Shown here: in pieces, positions 43,943 through 54,436 of the stretch
Position numbering within the stretch: position 1 is the first letter of the stretch
Layout: each line of letters opens with the position of its first letter
From: a virus
Taxonomy: Duplodnaviria > Heunggongvirae > Uroviricota > Caudoviricetes
Virus record (IMG/VR): IMGVR_UViG_3300043447_000086
Strand: one strand, 5' to 3'
Length of the DNA stretch: 64,000 bases
The notes under the pieces: generated by a model
Databases searched by the model: none
Told to the model about the DNA's origin: nothing
What the model saw: the letters and a program-made list of their open reading frames with translations, nothing else
Translations under genes and position numbers: made by a program

Positions 43943-45661
43943 TTAGTTTGTAACTATTACCGAGAAGTCGTTACGCTTTTCAAACTTAATAACTGAACGA
44001 AACTTATCGAACAGCTGGTCACCCTTGTGACTGATAACGAAGATGTTAGAGTTTTCACCAAAGGTGTTCATCAGGTTCAAGAAGTAATCAGTACCAGCTG
44101 TATCCAAACTTGAGTCGAAGATCTCATCAAGCAGCAGAAGGTTAGTGTTGACGCTGTTCTTCATCTTAGCAATCTGACGCCACGTGAAAAGGATAGCCAA
44201 GTCAATACGCATCTTCTCACCTTCAGAGAAGCTGGCGTAAGTAAATTCATCACGATGTCGAGACTTGACAATCTCGTTGAAAGACTCATCAAGTTCAAAG
44301 TGGATGTAGGCATCCATAGCATTCAGGTACTTGTTGATCATTTTATTCATAATCGGCAGATACTCACGAATGATAGCTGTCTTGATGCCAGTGTCTTTCA
44401 ACAGAATGTTAGCAACCTCTTCCAAGTTACGTTGTTCTTGTAGTTGAGTTTTCTCTTTAATCTTAGAAACAGCATCTTGTGCAAGTTGCTTTAGCTTATT
44501 CTTTTCTTCATCGATGTTAGTCGTGTCAGATTGAATCGCTAGAACTTCAGCTTCTGCTTCTTTGATCTGTCGATTGAGTAAGGTGATAGATGAGTTCTTT
44601 GTAGACAGTTCAATGTTCTTGTCGGAAATCTTCTGTAGAACTTCATTAATTGAAGAAAGTTTTTCTTGAAGTTTGGTGTGGACTGCGTTGAGTTCATCAA
44701 CCTTGCTGTTTTGTTCTGACAGTTTCTGATTAAGATCTTTGAGAATACTCTCTTTGTATTGTTCAGATATATCTTGGTTGCAAGACGGGCATACATCGTG
44801 TTCTCCAAAGAACTCAACGTGATGCTCACAAGTTTCGACTTTTTGTAGCAGTCGCTGTTGTAGTTGATCTGCTTTGGCGAGATCTTCTTTGATCTTGTCT
44901 TTGTCTGCAACCTGATCCTTAAGCGTTGTAATTTGTCGGACAAGCTCATCAATCTCCGATTGATTTCGGCTAATTTCTTCATTGCTGCTCGAGATTTTCG
45001 CCTGTATGGATCTAATATTATCTGCTTTCGCTTCCGAGATAGTTTTAATAATAGCAGTTTGTGCTTCGACTTTAGTCTTAGCATTCGCAACTTCATTTTC
45101 AATCCTTTGGATCGCATCTTTAGTCTCCTGAGCCTTTTCTTTTAGAATGTGATTCATCGTTGAGAAAATGCGAATATCAAGGATGTCTTCAATAACATCA
45201 CGACGTTGACCAGATGGTAACTGCATAAATGGAACGAAAGAAGCAGATCCCAAGATAACCACCTGAGTGAATGTCTTGTAGTTCAACTTTAGAATCTGTT
45301 GCTCCAAAACTTTCTGGTAGTCACGTGATGCTGCATCCTGATTGATCAATTCATCGTTCAGATAGATCTCAAAGATGTTTGGTTTAATACCACGAACGAT
45401 TTTATAGTTGCGTGGACCGATAGAGAACTCAATCGTAACAACACACTTTTTACCATTGATAGAGTTTACCAATTGTCCTTTGTTGATGTTACGGAACGGT
45501 TTACCGAAAAGCGAAAAGCACAATGCATCTAAGATTGTGCTCTTACCTTCACCATTCTTACCGATGATCAGTGTTGTTGTAGACTTATCCAGTAATACTT
45601 TGTTAGGGGTATTTCCTGTAGACAGAAAGTTCATCCATTCAACGCTCTTGAAAACAATCAT
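43943..45661 (-). CDS. 46: Recombination endonuclease subunit gp46 (SbcC/Rad50-like ATPase)
   Basis: 572 aa with Walker A GKNGEGKST, central coiled coil, CPSC zinc hook and LLLDEIFDSSLD Walker B/D-loop. Confidence 0.9.
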   Translation of the reverse strand: MIVFKSVEWMNFLSTGNTPNKVLLDKSTTTLIIGKNGEGKSTILDALCFSLFGKPFRNINKGQLVNSINGKKCVVTIEFSIGPRNYKIVRGIKPNIFEIYLNDELINQDAASRDYQKVLEQQILKLNYKTFTQVVILGSASFVPFMQLPSGQRRDVIEDILDIRIFSTMNHILKEKAQETKDAIQRIENEVANAKTKVEAQTAIIKTISEAKADNIRSIQAKISSSNEEISRNQSEIDELVRQITTLKDQVADKDKIKEDLAKADQLQQRLLQKVETCEHHVEFFGEHDVCPSCNQDISEQYKESILKDLNQKLSEQNSKVDELNAVHTKLQEKLSSINEVLQKISDKNIELSTKNSSITLLNRQIKEAEAEVLAIQSDTTNIDEEKNKLKQLAQDAVSKIKEKTQLQEQRNLEEVANILLKDTGIKTAIIREYLPIMNKMINKYLNAMDAYIHFELDESFNEIVKSRHRDEFTYASFSEGEKMRIDLAILFTWRQIAKMKNSVNTNLLLLDEIFDSSLDTAGTDYFLNLMNTFGENSNIFVISHKGDQLFDKFRSVIKFEKRNDFSVIVTN

Positions 45662-45990
45662 TTATCTTTCCACTCCCAACCAAAGAAAACTTTGGTCATT
45701 TTCTTAACGAACCAATTCGGTTCTTTAGATACATAGTAGTTCAACTCTGGGCTAACTGCCCAGCAACCAACACTGTTTGAAGTTGGTCTAAATTCAGTAA
45801 TGTGTTGTAGCGATATATTATTTGAAGTAACAGCACCCCAAGTACCACCATTACCGATAGAAATTGCAGTGCTATTACTATAAAGTTGGCGCTGCCGTTC
45901 AGCAGCATACTCTTGACATGGTGTATAATCTAGGTCAAGACTGATCTGCTCAGTTAATGGGAAAAAGAAGTCAATTTCTAACTGTTTCAT
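45658..45990 (-). CDS. Hypothetical protein
   Basis: 110 aa ORF between genes 47 and 46, ATGA overlaps. Confidence 0.45.
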   Translation of the reverse strand: MKQLEIDFFFPLTEQISLDLDYTPCQEYAAERQRQLYSNSTAISIGNGGTWGAVTSNNISLQHITEFRPTSNSVGCWAVSPELNYYVSKEPNWFVKKMTKVFFGWEWKDK

Positions 45991-47039
45991 ACTTCAACAT
46001 TCACTGCTTCGGTGTAAAGGCTACGCATAAAGGTTTTAATCTGTTCTTTGTCAACGTCAGTCTCAATGCTATCAACATAATGAGTCAAGACAGACAAAGT
46101 ATCTTCTAAACTAATTTCTTCGCCGATCTCACCATCACCAAACTCTGATAAATCTTCGATGATCTTAATGTCAGCACAACCTTTATTATACAACTTCTGA
46201 ACGAACTTGTCAAACTTATAGTAGTCAGTTTTATTGACTACAATCAATCTAACATATAAACCTTTTAGATCGATGGTGTCGAGGTCAATGGGGTCTTGTT
46301 CTTTGTCGTTATATTCAATTCGCTCAAACATGCTATAATGATTTTCGACGAACTCAAGCCCTCGTGTACTAAGATCGAACAGGTGAAATCCTCTGGGGTC
46401 ATTATAATCTTGCCATGTGAGTTCGTAGGGATTACCGAGGTAATAAATGTGACCATCGTCGCTGCGGTGATGGTAATGCCCGCTAAAAACCAAATCAAAT
46501 TTGTCGAATATTTCTTTACCCATTCCTTCATGGCTTTCCATTCCTCTGTACATTGAGAAGCCAGCAATTTCGAAATGCCCCATACAAATTTCAGCTTTGG
46601 TGTCTTTCAGAGTATCAATAGAATCTTGATAGTTTTCTGGGCAGATCCAAGGCATCATACAAATGGGAACATCATCAACGTAGATTGTAGCTGGGTGATC
46701 AATCACATTGATGTTAGTATACTCCCGCAGAAGTAAATCTGGGGAGTTAACTTCGTTGGTATTTTTGAAATACGTATCGTGGTTTCCTGCAAGCATATGA
46801 ACTTTGATGTTGCGGTTTGCCAATTTATCAAAGAACATTTTCTTGGCTCTGTCGAGAGCGTAGAAGTTTACATACTTGCGACGATCAAATGTATCACCAA
46901 GAATAAGAACAGTGTCGATATTGTTTGCATCTATCGTAGGAAAGAAGATGTTATCATAAAACTTCTCAAAAAAGTCTAAAAAAGCAACACTGTCATTACG
47001 AGCACCAAAATGCTGGTCAGTGATAATAGCCACCTTCAT
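45987..47039 (-). CDS. 47: Recombination endonuclease subunit gp47 (SbcD/Mre11-like nuclease)
   Basis: 350 aa with phosphoesterase motifs ITDQHFG, LILGDTFD, GNHD and GHYHH. Confidence 0.9.
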   Translation of the reverse strand: MKVAIITDQHFGARNDSVAFLDFFEKFYDNIFFPTIDANNIDTVLILGDTFDRRKYVNFYALDRAKKMFFDKLANRNIKVHMLAGNHDTYFKNTNEVNSPDLLLREYTNINVIDHPATIYVDDVPICMMPWICPENYQDSIDTLKDTKAEICMGHFEIAGFSMYRGMESHEGMGKEIFDKFDLVFSGHYHHRSDDGHIYYLGNPYELTWQDYNDPRGFHLFDLSTRGLEFVENHYSMFERIEYNDKEQDPIDLDTIDLKGLYVRLIVVNKTDYYKFDKFVQKLYNKGCADIKIIEDLSEFGDGEIGEEISLEDTLSVLTHYVDSIETDVDKEQIKTFMRSLYTEAVNVEV

Positions 47040-47200
47040 GTGCGATCCTCTTTCTTAACCTGATCTTTAGGGTACAGTTTAATTTCAATAACATTACCAG
47101 TTGGCACTTTTAGAGAAAACTCACTCGCTTCATGAAAGGTGTCAAACCACTTGAAAGCTACATGAGTGCCACCTGTGACATAGTAACTAACTTTATACAT
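47038..47200 (-). CDS. Small hypothetical ORF (53 aa)
   Basis: MYKVSYYVTGGTHVAFKWFDTFHEASEFSLKVPTGNVIEIKLYPKDQVKKEDRT, with ATGA and TAATG overlaps on both sides. Confidence 0.3.
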
Positions 47201-48405
47201 TAGATAAAACCTACCTTTCGATTAGCTGTAGATTTCTCAGAATGTGTCTGTTCATTAAACACTTCTGCAATAGAATACTTCTGCATTTCTTTGCCACGTG
47301 GACGAACAGGCAGCTTAACATTAAGTTTATCAGCCAACGCTTGTGCTTCTGCTACAGAAAGTAGATCGAATGTCAGGATGTCAAAGCAACGCCCTGGACG
47401 AACCAATGCAGAGTCAATGTCACGAATGCTTGGAAGGTTGGTAGAGAATACCATCTTCTTTCCTTTGGTTGTAACAAGACCGTCACCAACGTTAAGGAAT
47501 CGGTGCATCATTGTGTTGCCATCAGATCGGCTCTTCAAGAAGGCATCAGAGTCTTCCAGAACCATAATGCTTGCGTCATCTTCAATGAAGCGAGCGAAGA
47601 ATCCATCCTTGTCAAGAATGTTGGCGTCGTAAGAAACGATGGCAGAAGAGTCTGTGTGCGCAAGCAGACCACGGATAAACGTAGTCTTACCAGTTCCTGG
47701 AGGTCCAATCAACAACAGGATGTTGGCGTTAGATTCCATATAACGTTGGTAGTAGGAGCTAAGGGATTCGCCATTCAAGAATGGATACATCTCATCAACT
47801 GGCAGACGCTCACGGTTCAGCGGTACGTTCACAGAATTACCATCGCTGGAGTAGATCCACTCGATGTAAGACGTCACAACAGAGAACTTAGATTCAACCA
47901 AGGCTGTGACATAATCAACGAACGCTTCGTCGCCAGAGGCACGAACATCAGTCGTGTTGCTGTTCACATTGTAGGAAATGTAGTTGTCAGTTTCACGCTC
48001 AATGATAAAACCAGTAGACTCATTACCCTGTACGATGAGGTTGTTCTTAAACTGTTCTTCCATCCAACCAGCCCAAGTGGCACGATTACATAGAACATTA
48101 GTTTGACGATGCAGTGTATTCTTACCTGCGTGGATTCGACGTTCCAGAAGTTGAGACTTGATCAAGTCATCAAAATCAGAAGTGCCTAAAAAGATTTTAT
48201 TTTCTGTGTCACCAGTGTTCATAATTTTACTCAAGTTAAAAATATTATCATAAGAATCCCATGGATACCGTTTAAGGATTCTTTTCTTCCTGTTCCTACG
48301 TTTAGGTCTATGATATCTTAAAGCACGATCAGTTATCGATTGGCTCGATGTCCCCGCTGCCAAATCCCTGATCAATTGTTGGATCGAGTTCGCCATTTTC
48401 TTCAC
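47200..48405 (-). CDS. AAA+ ATPase domain protein (unknown function)
   Basis: 401 aa with Walker A LLIGPPGTGKTTF and Walker B IMVLEDSD. The first 77 nt overlap the 3' end of gene 55 in another frame, so the true start may be internal. Confidence 0.55.
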   Translation of the reverse strand: MKKMANSIQQLIRDLAAGTSSQSITDRALRYHRPKRRNRKKRILKRYPWDSYDNIFNLSKIMNTGDTENKIFLGTSDFDDLIKSQLLERRIHAGKNTLHRQTNVLCNRATWAGWMEEQFKNNLIVQGNESTGFIIERETDNYISYNVNSNTTDVRASGDEAFVDYVTALVESKFSVVTSYIEWIYSSDGNSVNVPLNRERLPVDEMYPFLNGESLSSYYQRYMESNANILLLIGPPGTGKTTFIRGLLAHTDSSAIVSYDANILDKDGFFARFIEDDASIMVLEDSDAFLKSRSDGNTMMHRFLNVGDGLVTTKGKKMVFSTNLPSIRDIDSALVRPGRCFDILTFDLLSVAEAQALADKLNVKLPVRPRGKEMQKYSIAEVFNEQTHSEKSTANRKVGFI

Positions 48406-48925
48406 CTATGAAATTATCTAAATTGGCTTGTTTCTTTTTCTTCTTTTCTTTTTTACGTTCAATGAACGAATCATCGAATGTATGGTTGTTCTGCATAAAC
48501 TCAAGATATGCATTGTGGAACTCACCACTCTCATCTTGCTCTTGCAACTCAAACGCCTCGAATGGCATATCCTGAATCAGCTTACCTTTAATGTACGCTT
48601 GTTTCTTTTCCTTAGCAATCCTGCGAAGAAATGCGTAGTAGATAATCTGAGTGAAGTAAGCGAACGGATTGTTCGACTTAGAAGGATCAAAGTTATCGAT
48701 GTATTGAATACAGTTCTCGATACCATCGAGAATCATATCATCACGATATGAATAGTTAATAAAGTTGGGTTTGTATGATAGACCGTTAGCAATCTTTAAG
48801 ATACATTCGCCAATGTAGTTGCTAACGATCGGTTTATCAAGACCCTTTTCCTTAGCTTCTTTTACTTGTAGTTTGTATTCTGAAATTGCTTTTAAAAAGT
48901 CAGCGTTGTTTACGTAATGTGCCAT
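48329..48925 (-). CDS. 55: Late-transcription sigma factor gp55
   Basis: Start trimmed to MAHYVNNADFLKAISEY (AAGGAAA Shine-Dalgarno). It aligns with T4 gp55 (YVNN..L..I......GL......NF..Y......M..DGIE.....NFD......NP.AY.TQ....F..RI.KE.K). Has an acidic C-terminal extension. Confidence 0.85.
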   Translation of the reverse strand: MAHYVNNADFLKAISEYKLQVKEAKEKGLDKPIVSNYIGECILKIANGLSYKPNFINYSYRDDMILDGIENCIQYIDNFDPSKSNNPFAYFTQIIYYAFLRRIAKEKKQAYIKGKLIQDMPFEAFELQEQDESGEFHNAYLEFMQNNHTFDDSFIERKKEKKKKKQANLDNFIGEENGELDPTIDQGFGSGDIEPIDN

Positions 48926-49071
48926 AGCATATATTTTCCTTTGTTTCCACAAAGCAAGGACAAGTATACAACATCTAGTAAGAAAAGACAAATCTTATTT
49001 CTCTTACAAAATATATTTGCTTTCCCCTTGACTTTAGTGCATAATAACGGAGTTAGGGTTGATCGTTACTA

Positions 49072-49536
49072 CTAGTGTTTAGTATCGTTACCTTCGACAA
49101 ACACTCTGTGTTTCTCTTCTTCTGTTTCGTCTGCGATAGGACGTAACTGTTCGATGGCTGACAATACGTTAGCGACATCTTTTAGATGTTGAAATTCGTC
49201 TTGGTTTAAAACTTCTCTTGGATCTCTACCTTTTGGAGTAAACCTGATTGCTTCGCTCTCTCTAACAACATTTAGATAGTGAGGAACGAAAGTCTCTTTG
49301 AGAGGTTTGATAAAAAGAATGTTTTTCTTATCTAGTACGAAGGATTCTTCGTCTGTGAATGCGCAGAATGGAGCAGCTGTGATGTGCTCTTTACCTGTTT
49401 CAAAATTGGGGATTGTTCTTACAAGCATTGGATGTAGCAACTGTATGTAGTTGTCATCCTCTTGTTGTAGAGCAGACATAATCTGCTCACCAGATGTTAA
49501 TTTAATTACAACGTAAAATTCATTACCTGTTAGCAT
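49072..49536 (-). CDS. Hypothetical protein
   Basis: 154 aa ORF between uvsW and gene 55. Confidence 0.45.
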   Translation of the reverse strand: MLTGNEFYVVIKLTSGEQIMSALQQEDDNYIQLLHPMLVRTIPNFETGKEHITAAPFCAFTDEESFVLDKKNILFIKPLKETFVPHYLNVVRESEAIRFTPKGRDPREVLNQDEFQHLKDVANVLSAIEQLRPIADETEEEKHRVFVEGNDTKH

Positions 49537-51011
49537 TACAAATTCACCTCAACAACTTTAATGTCGAATTCTTCTTCAGCGTAAGTTTTGTAGCGTTCAG
49601 CAGCGTGATTCAATGTATGGTTCTTCCAAGATTTCCAATGTAAATCATCAGCAAGGTCGTAAAGGTTACAACCAACTTTGCCGTCTTTCTTTCGCAATCC
49701 TCTACCGATAGATTGCAAGTTACGAATTTTACTCTTAGATGGCGAAGCAAAAACTACATTCTCAATAGATGGAATGTTAATGCCAGTCGAAAATGTTCCA
49801 TAAGATGCGATGATAATTGCATCATCTTCACCTTCTGTTATATGCCGAATCGCCTCACGATCAGAAGTCTCAGTACCACCATAAACGAAAAATACTTTTC
49901 GCCCATCGTGCACCTTTTCTTTGATCATATCGTATAGGACTTTGCCGTGCTTTTCAACGTATTGAAAAAGGACCAGCGTGTTACCTTTAGAATTTACTGC
50001 CAGATTACGGATGAATTTGTTTCTAGGATAATAAGAAACTAACCAATCCATTTCTTCTTGGTATGTATTTTTATTCCGTCCCTTACGAATCTCATCATCA
50101 TACTTAAAAACTACACACGTTATATTTAGGTCAGCCAATCTTCCAGACTGAATTAAACTTTTTGTAGTAACAACTTTATGTACTGGACCAAAGATACCTT
50201 CAAGAACTAGACGATGAACCTTTTTATTGTCGAGTGTGCCAGTAGTCCCGATACGATAGCGAATTGTGTCCATCTTTTCCATAACAGTTGTCAGTGACTT
50301 GGCTTTGAAGCTATGCGCCTCATCACCAAAGATTACATCAAACTGTCTGAACCAAGATTTTGGTTGTAGGTAGATGGACTGCCACGTGGTTATCAAAACA
50401 TCCTTGGTGAATTCTTTAGAGAATCCACTGTAAAGTTTTTGGCAGTGAGAATTGACAGACCATTTATTGACATTTGAATAATCTTCAAAGTCAGAATACA
50501 TCTGCTCAACGAGAGAAGTTGTTGGTACGATAAGGATACACTTATTGCCCTTAGCCACCAACCAACGCATAACTGTATAAATGATAAAGGATTTACCAGA
50601 GCCAGTAGGAGAAAGTAGTAATGTTCTCTCTGTGTCTAACGCTTTTTGTATAGCATCGATCTGGTAATCACGGATCTCAATTTTTTCTGGGAGATTAAGG
50701 GCTTTGATAAACCCTTCTACAATTTCTGGAGATATATCATTCGTCTTATTGAAGTCATCTTTCAAAGTAAGAGAATAATCATTGCGTTCGCAGAATTGCT
50801 CTACGTAACTAATTAGACCAACATAAAGAGTTTTTCTTAGTTGATCATACAGGCGAACCTTACCATCCCACAATCTTGCTCTATACTGTGGTGTAAATTT
50901 TGCACCTGGATATTCATAGGTGAAGAAGTCGGCAAGTTCTTGCTCAACACTCGGGTCAGAAAAGACACGAACATATACTTCATCTAATTTTTCAATTGTT
51001 ACATTAACCAA
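49536..51011 (-). CDS. uvsW: UvsW-like SF2 DNA helicase
   Basis: 491 aa. The N-domain aligns with T4 UvsW (F.Y.......P.FR...WDG..RL). Walker A LLLSPTGSGKS, DEAH box IFGDEAHSF and a C-terminal helicase domain. Confidence 0.85.
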   Translation of the reverse strand: MVNVTIEKLDEVYVRVFSDPSVEQELADFFTYEYPGAKFTPQYRARLWDGKVRLYDQLRKTLYVGLISYVEQFCERNDYSLTLKDDFNKTNDISPEIVEGFIKALNLPEKIEIRDYQIDAIQKALDTERTLLLSPTGSGKSFIIYTVMRWLVAKGNKCILIVPTTSLVEQMYSDFEDYSNVNKWSVNSHCQKLYSGFSKEFTKDVLITTWQSIYLQPKSWFRQFDVIFGDEAHSFKAKSLTTVMEKMDTIRYRIGTTGTLDNKKVHRLVLEGIFGPVHKVVTTKSLIQSGRLADLNITCVVFKYDDEIRKGRNKNTYQEEMDWLVSYYPRNKFIRNLAVNSKGNTLVLFQYVEKHGKVLYDMIKEKVHDGRKVFFVYGGTETSDREAIRHITEGEDDAIIIASYGTFSTGINIPSIENVVFASPSKSKIRNLQSIGRGLRKKDGKVGCNLYDLADDLHWKSWKNHTLNHAAERYKTYAEEEFDIKVVEVNL

Positions 51012-51449
51012 TTACATACCTGCTAAAAACTTCTTCCATTCTACGTGGGTCTTGATCTGCCAATCACGTGCTTTGATTTGACCCAAAATGGATTCAAGGA
51101 AATAAATCATTGTCTCAAGGTATTCAATTTTTACCTTCATTGTATTTAGTTCGTTATCTCCAGTAAGAAATTCATCCATCTCATTCTTGAGAGGCTTGAC
51201 TCCTTGCCACTGTGGCCATCCATATCCTTGTAGCTCTTCACGACCCATTTCACCACGATAGTAGCGAAACTTATTTTTACGTAGGATGTTATAGTCCGAA
51301 CTCAACTTAGTGTGTTTGAGTTTTACATTAACCAAAAGTTTAATGTACTTGGCGTGGAGTTTGGGAGTTGCTGTGGATTGTTCGCCGAGAAAGTTATCGT
51401 TGATCTCGGAATCGGCGTCCCACATTTCTTGCAGTTGTTCAATGTTCAT
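51012..51449 (-). CDS. uvsY: UvsY-like recombination mediator
   Basis: Start trimmed to MNIEQLQEMW (TGAGGT Shine-Dalgarno), about 145 aa. Position between gene 3 and uvsW matches marine T4-like synteny. Sequence support is weak. Confidence 0.5.
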   Translation of the reverse strand: MNIEQLQEMWDADSEINDNFLGEQSTATPKLHAKYIKLLVNVKLKHTKLSSDYNILRKNKFRYYRGEMGREELQGYGWPQWQGVKPLKNEMDEFLTGDNELNTMKVKIEYLETMIYFLESILGQIKARDWQIKTHVEWKKFLAGM

Positions 51450-51509
51450 AATGTACCTCAATTTAACTCTACCATTATATCGTAGAGTTGCAAACAAATC
51501 AAATTTGAT

Positions 51510-52028
51510 TTATAGAAGTTTATACCATCCGAATCTAAACGTTACATTACCCACAAGGTATTGAACGTCTTCGTTCGTAGATGCAAATTGCAAAGAGCTA
51601 ATATTTGTAGGGAACACATCATAAAACTGAATGGTCTGTACTGCCTGATTGTTGCTATCTAGAATTTGCAAAGTTGCGTCAGAATAGTTTTTGGCAAGTT
51701 CACCGTAAGCCGTAGTATCATTACTGTTGTTTGTAATATACTGGTCATAGCTTTCTGGAAACCCTAACGCAACGATCCAATTATAGAGTGTGCGGTAGTT
51801 CTGCATATTCTCATCGACCAAGAATTGTAACTGCAGTGGTTCGTATGATAACGTATCACCTGGAATCGGTTGCTTTGAGAATGGTGTAAAGAATTCTGGT
51901 TCACCTAGTAAAATTCCTGGCAGGTTGGCTGACTGACAAAAGAATGTGATGTCAGGCAGTTTCTGCACAGAGAACTGGAAGCCGTTTGGTGATAACGGAT
52001 TTAACTGAGAAGGTAGTGATAGAGCCAT
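51510..52028 (-). CDS. 3: Tail completion / sheath stabiliser gp3-like
   Basis: 172 aa against T4 gp3 at 176 aa. Located immediately downstream of gene 23, as in marine T4-like phages. Confidence 0.5.
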   Translation of the reverse strand: MALSLPSQLNPLSPNGFQFSVQKLPDITFFCQSANLPGILLGEPEFFTPFSKQPIPGDTLSYEPLQLQFLVDENMQNYRTLYNWIVALGFPESYDQYITNNSNDTTAYGELAKNYSDATLQILDSNNQAVQTIQFYDVFPTNISSLQFASTNEDVQYLVGNVTFRFGWYKLL

Positions 52029-52046
52029 AACATTATTTAGGAAATA

Positions 52047-52071
52047 AAAAAGGGATCCGAAGATCCCTTTT
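52047..52071 (-). terminator. Intrinsic terminator after the major capsid gene
   Basis: Perfect 10 bp stem AAAAGGGATC/GATCCCTTTT with a CGAA tetraloop, followed by UUUUUUAUUUCC on the minus-strand RNA. Confidence 0.7.
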
Positions 52072-52094
52072 GATACTGACCAGTCGGTCTCGTA

Positions 52095-53402
52095 TTACAT
52101 TAGGTTTGTAACACGAACCTTGCGGTAGTAGTAGTTGTTACCAGAAGCAAGACCATCAGCGCCAGCGTCGATAGTAGTGAATGGGTTAGCAACTAGACCG
52201 TAACGAGTCTTGAAACCAATCTTTGGTTGGAAAGATTGTGGATCAACTGCACGAACCATTTGTAGAGGAACGTATGGGCAGTAGAACATACCTGCGTCGA
52301 ACGCAGAAGTACCCTTGTAACCAACAACGAAGAATTGGTTAGCAGATACGTTAGCAGTATATGGGTCAACATACACTTTGTACTTGCCGTTTAGAATACC
52401 AGCGAAAGTAGTAGAAGTGTCGTCAACAGTCAGGTTATTCTTGCCAGTTAGGGCAGAAGAATAGTCTAGAACACCAGCCATCGCCAATGCAGAAGCAACG
52501 TCTGCAGAAGTGATGATGATGTTACCACGACCACGACGTGTTTGTTGACCGATAGCATTGGCTTCACGTTCGATTTGGAACATTAGACCTTTGAACTTTT
52601 CAACAGACCAACGACCGTTAGAGTCAACGTCCAAGTCGAAAGTACCAGCAGTAGCAGTACCAACTGCAGCACCTTGCTTAGCAGCAGTGTAAACAGTACG
52701 AACAACTTCACGGTTGATTTCAGAAAGGATTTCTGTAGAAAGGATGTTGCTCAATTCGCCTTCAGCGTCAAGACCGTGAACAGATTTCAAGTCTTGTGCC
52801 AATTCGATAGAGTATTCAGCCTTCAAAGCACGAGTCTTTGCAGTTACAGAAGTCTTTTCGATAGAGAATGCCATCTCACCGAAAGCACCGTCACCGTTAC
52901 CGCCTTGACCAAGACGCTCAGCAGCGGCAGTAGCCATACCAGTACCAGTAGTGTTGTTTGCTGGATCCCAAGAAGAACCAGCGTGAGTGCCAGTACCAGA
53001 GAAGTCAGTATCTGCTTCGTTGAACAACGCTTCAGTACCGTTTTGAGCAGCGTAGCGAGACTTCATTGCGAAGATCAAGCCAGTTGGCTGAGTCATTGGC
53101 TGAACACCAGCGATATCATAAGCGATAAGCTGTGGCATTGCACGACGAACTAGGGAGATCAATACTGGGTCGAAACCAGCCATTTGACCGTTAGTACCTG
53201 CACCGCCCATGGAGACGCCAGTACCACCAAAGTTAGTTGGAGCAGTTTCGAAAAGTGCTTCAGCTTGCTTTTGCATTTCACGTTCTTGGTTTTCCAAAAG
53301 AACGGCAGTAACCTCTTTACGGTACTGATCTTTGAAAGCTGGTGCACCTTCGTGATTCAACACTGGTGCCCATTTTTCCATTAGAGCTTGACGAGTTGTC
53401 AT
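52095..53402 (-). CDS. 23: Major capsid protein gp23
   Basis: 435 aa. Follows the gp20-gp21-gp22 morphogenesis block. Composition and length typical of T4-like gp23. Confidence 0.85.
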   Translation of the reverse strand: MTTRQALMEKWAPVLNHEGAPAFKDQYRKEVTAVLLENQEREMQKQAEALFETAPTNFGGTGVSMGGAGTNGQMAGFDPVLISLVRRAMPQLIAYDIAGVQPMTQPTGLIFAMKSRYAAQNGTEALFNEADTDFSGTGTHAGSSWDPANNTTGTGMATAAAERLGQGGNGDGAFGEMAFSIEKTSVTAKTRALKAEYSIELAQDLKSVHGLDAEGELSNILSTEILSEINREVVRTVYTAAKQGAAVGTATAGTFDLDVDSNGRWSVEKFKGLMFQIEREANAIGQQTRRGRGNIIITSADVASALAMAGVLDYSSALTGKNNLTVDDTSTTFAGILNGKYKVYVDPYTANVSANQFFVVGYKGTSAFDAGMFYCPYVPLQMVRAVDPQSFQPKIGFKTRYGLVANPFTTIDAGADGLASGNNYYYRKVRVTNLM

Positions 53403-53419
53403 TTTTGTTTTCCTTTAAA

Positions 53420-54436
53420 TTAGATTTTGTTGAGTGCTGATAGATATGCAGACATTTTTGGATCGACAGGGGCTACCTTCTTTTCCTCAGTCAACACTTC
53501 TACTGGAGCGTCAGTAACAACAGATGCTACTTCAGTCTTCTTACCAGAGAAATAATTCTCACGGATAGTCTTGACTTTAGTCTCATAAGTTCCTGCGTCT
53601 TCATAAGAAAGTTCTTCAACTAGGCTCATGAACTTTTCAGTTTCAGAGTCAGTCAAACCTTCGCTGATTTGTTTAACAATCTCTTGACGCTTAGCTTCTG
53701 CCAAAGTCTTAGTCAACTCAACGTTGGTTTCGACTTGTTCATTTAGCTTAGCTTCCAAAGCAGTAATTTTTTCTTCCATTTCGCCAAGTACATCGTACTT
53801 TTCTTCTGGAATATCAATATAATGCTCTTCAAAGAGACCTTTCAAGCCAGTAATGAAACCTTCTAAGATCTCAGACTTGATACCACGCTCAAGGGCTAAT
53901 TCATTCTGTGCAATCCACTGCTCGGCAATATAGCCAAGATATCCATCAACTTGTTCAACAATTCCCTGAGTATTCTGCTCGACTTGCTCAGCAAGTTTAG
54001 CTTCGAATTCTTCGCTAATACGTGCAACTTCTTCGTTAACACGTGCTAAAACAGCTGCTTCATAAATTGTAGCTGCTTTAGATTTAAAATCTTCTGTTAG
54101 CTCTTCACCATTGAAAAGAGCATCCATATCTTCTTTCATGCCTTTAGAGGCAGTTCCTTGACGGATAGGAGCTTGGTCACCATTTTTAGGATTTTGAGAT
54201 CCTTGTGGTGCAACTTCAGCTTGCTTCTCGTCGTCCACGTTATTACGTGCAGAGTCTGGATTAGGTGTTTCACCACCGCTTGGTACTGCGTCACCTTGAC
54301 GGATGACAGCTTTCTCACCAGATGCGCCAGCAGCAACATCTTTAGCGCCTGTCTCAGCACCACCTAGTTTTGCTTCATCTAGTTTTTGCTTTTTAGATTC
54401 AGCTAGAATCTGTGCAATCTTTTGTTCGATAGACAT
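53420..54436 (-). CDS. 22: Prohead core scaffold protein gp22
   Basis: 338 aa, highly acidic coiled coil with multiple L/IxE protease sites. Between genes 21 and 23. Confidence 0.75.
   Translation of the reverse strand: MSIEQKIAQILAESKKQKLDEAKLGGAETGAKDVAAGASGEKAVIRQGDAVPSGGETPNPDSARNNVDDEKQAEVAPQGSQNPKNGDQAPIRQGTASKGMKEDMDALFNGEELTEDFKSKAATIYEAAVLARVNEEVARISEEFEAKLAEQVEQNTQGIVEQVDGYLGYIAEQWIAQNELALERGIKSEILEGFITGLKGLFEEHYIDIPEEKYDVLGEMEEKITALEAKLNEQVETNVELTKTLAEAKRQEIVKQISEGLTDSETEKFMSLVEELSYEDAGTYETKVKTIRENYFSGKKTEVASVVTDAPVEVLTEEKKVAPVDPKMSAYLSALNKI

Noticed and set aside
25337-43946. The four-copy 16 nt repeat as a CRISPR array
   Set aside because: Copies are 7-9 kb apart, in both orientations, with genes between them. 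There is no regular repeat-spacer structure.
49025-49060. Plus-strand TTGACT ... TAATAA promoter-like sequence upstream of gene 55
   Set aside because: Spacer lengths do not fit (6 or 17 nt to a poor -10). It would also drive transcription antisense to all genes.
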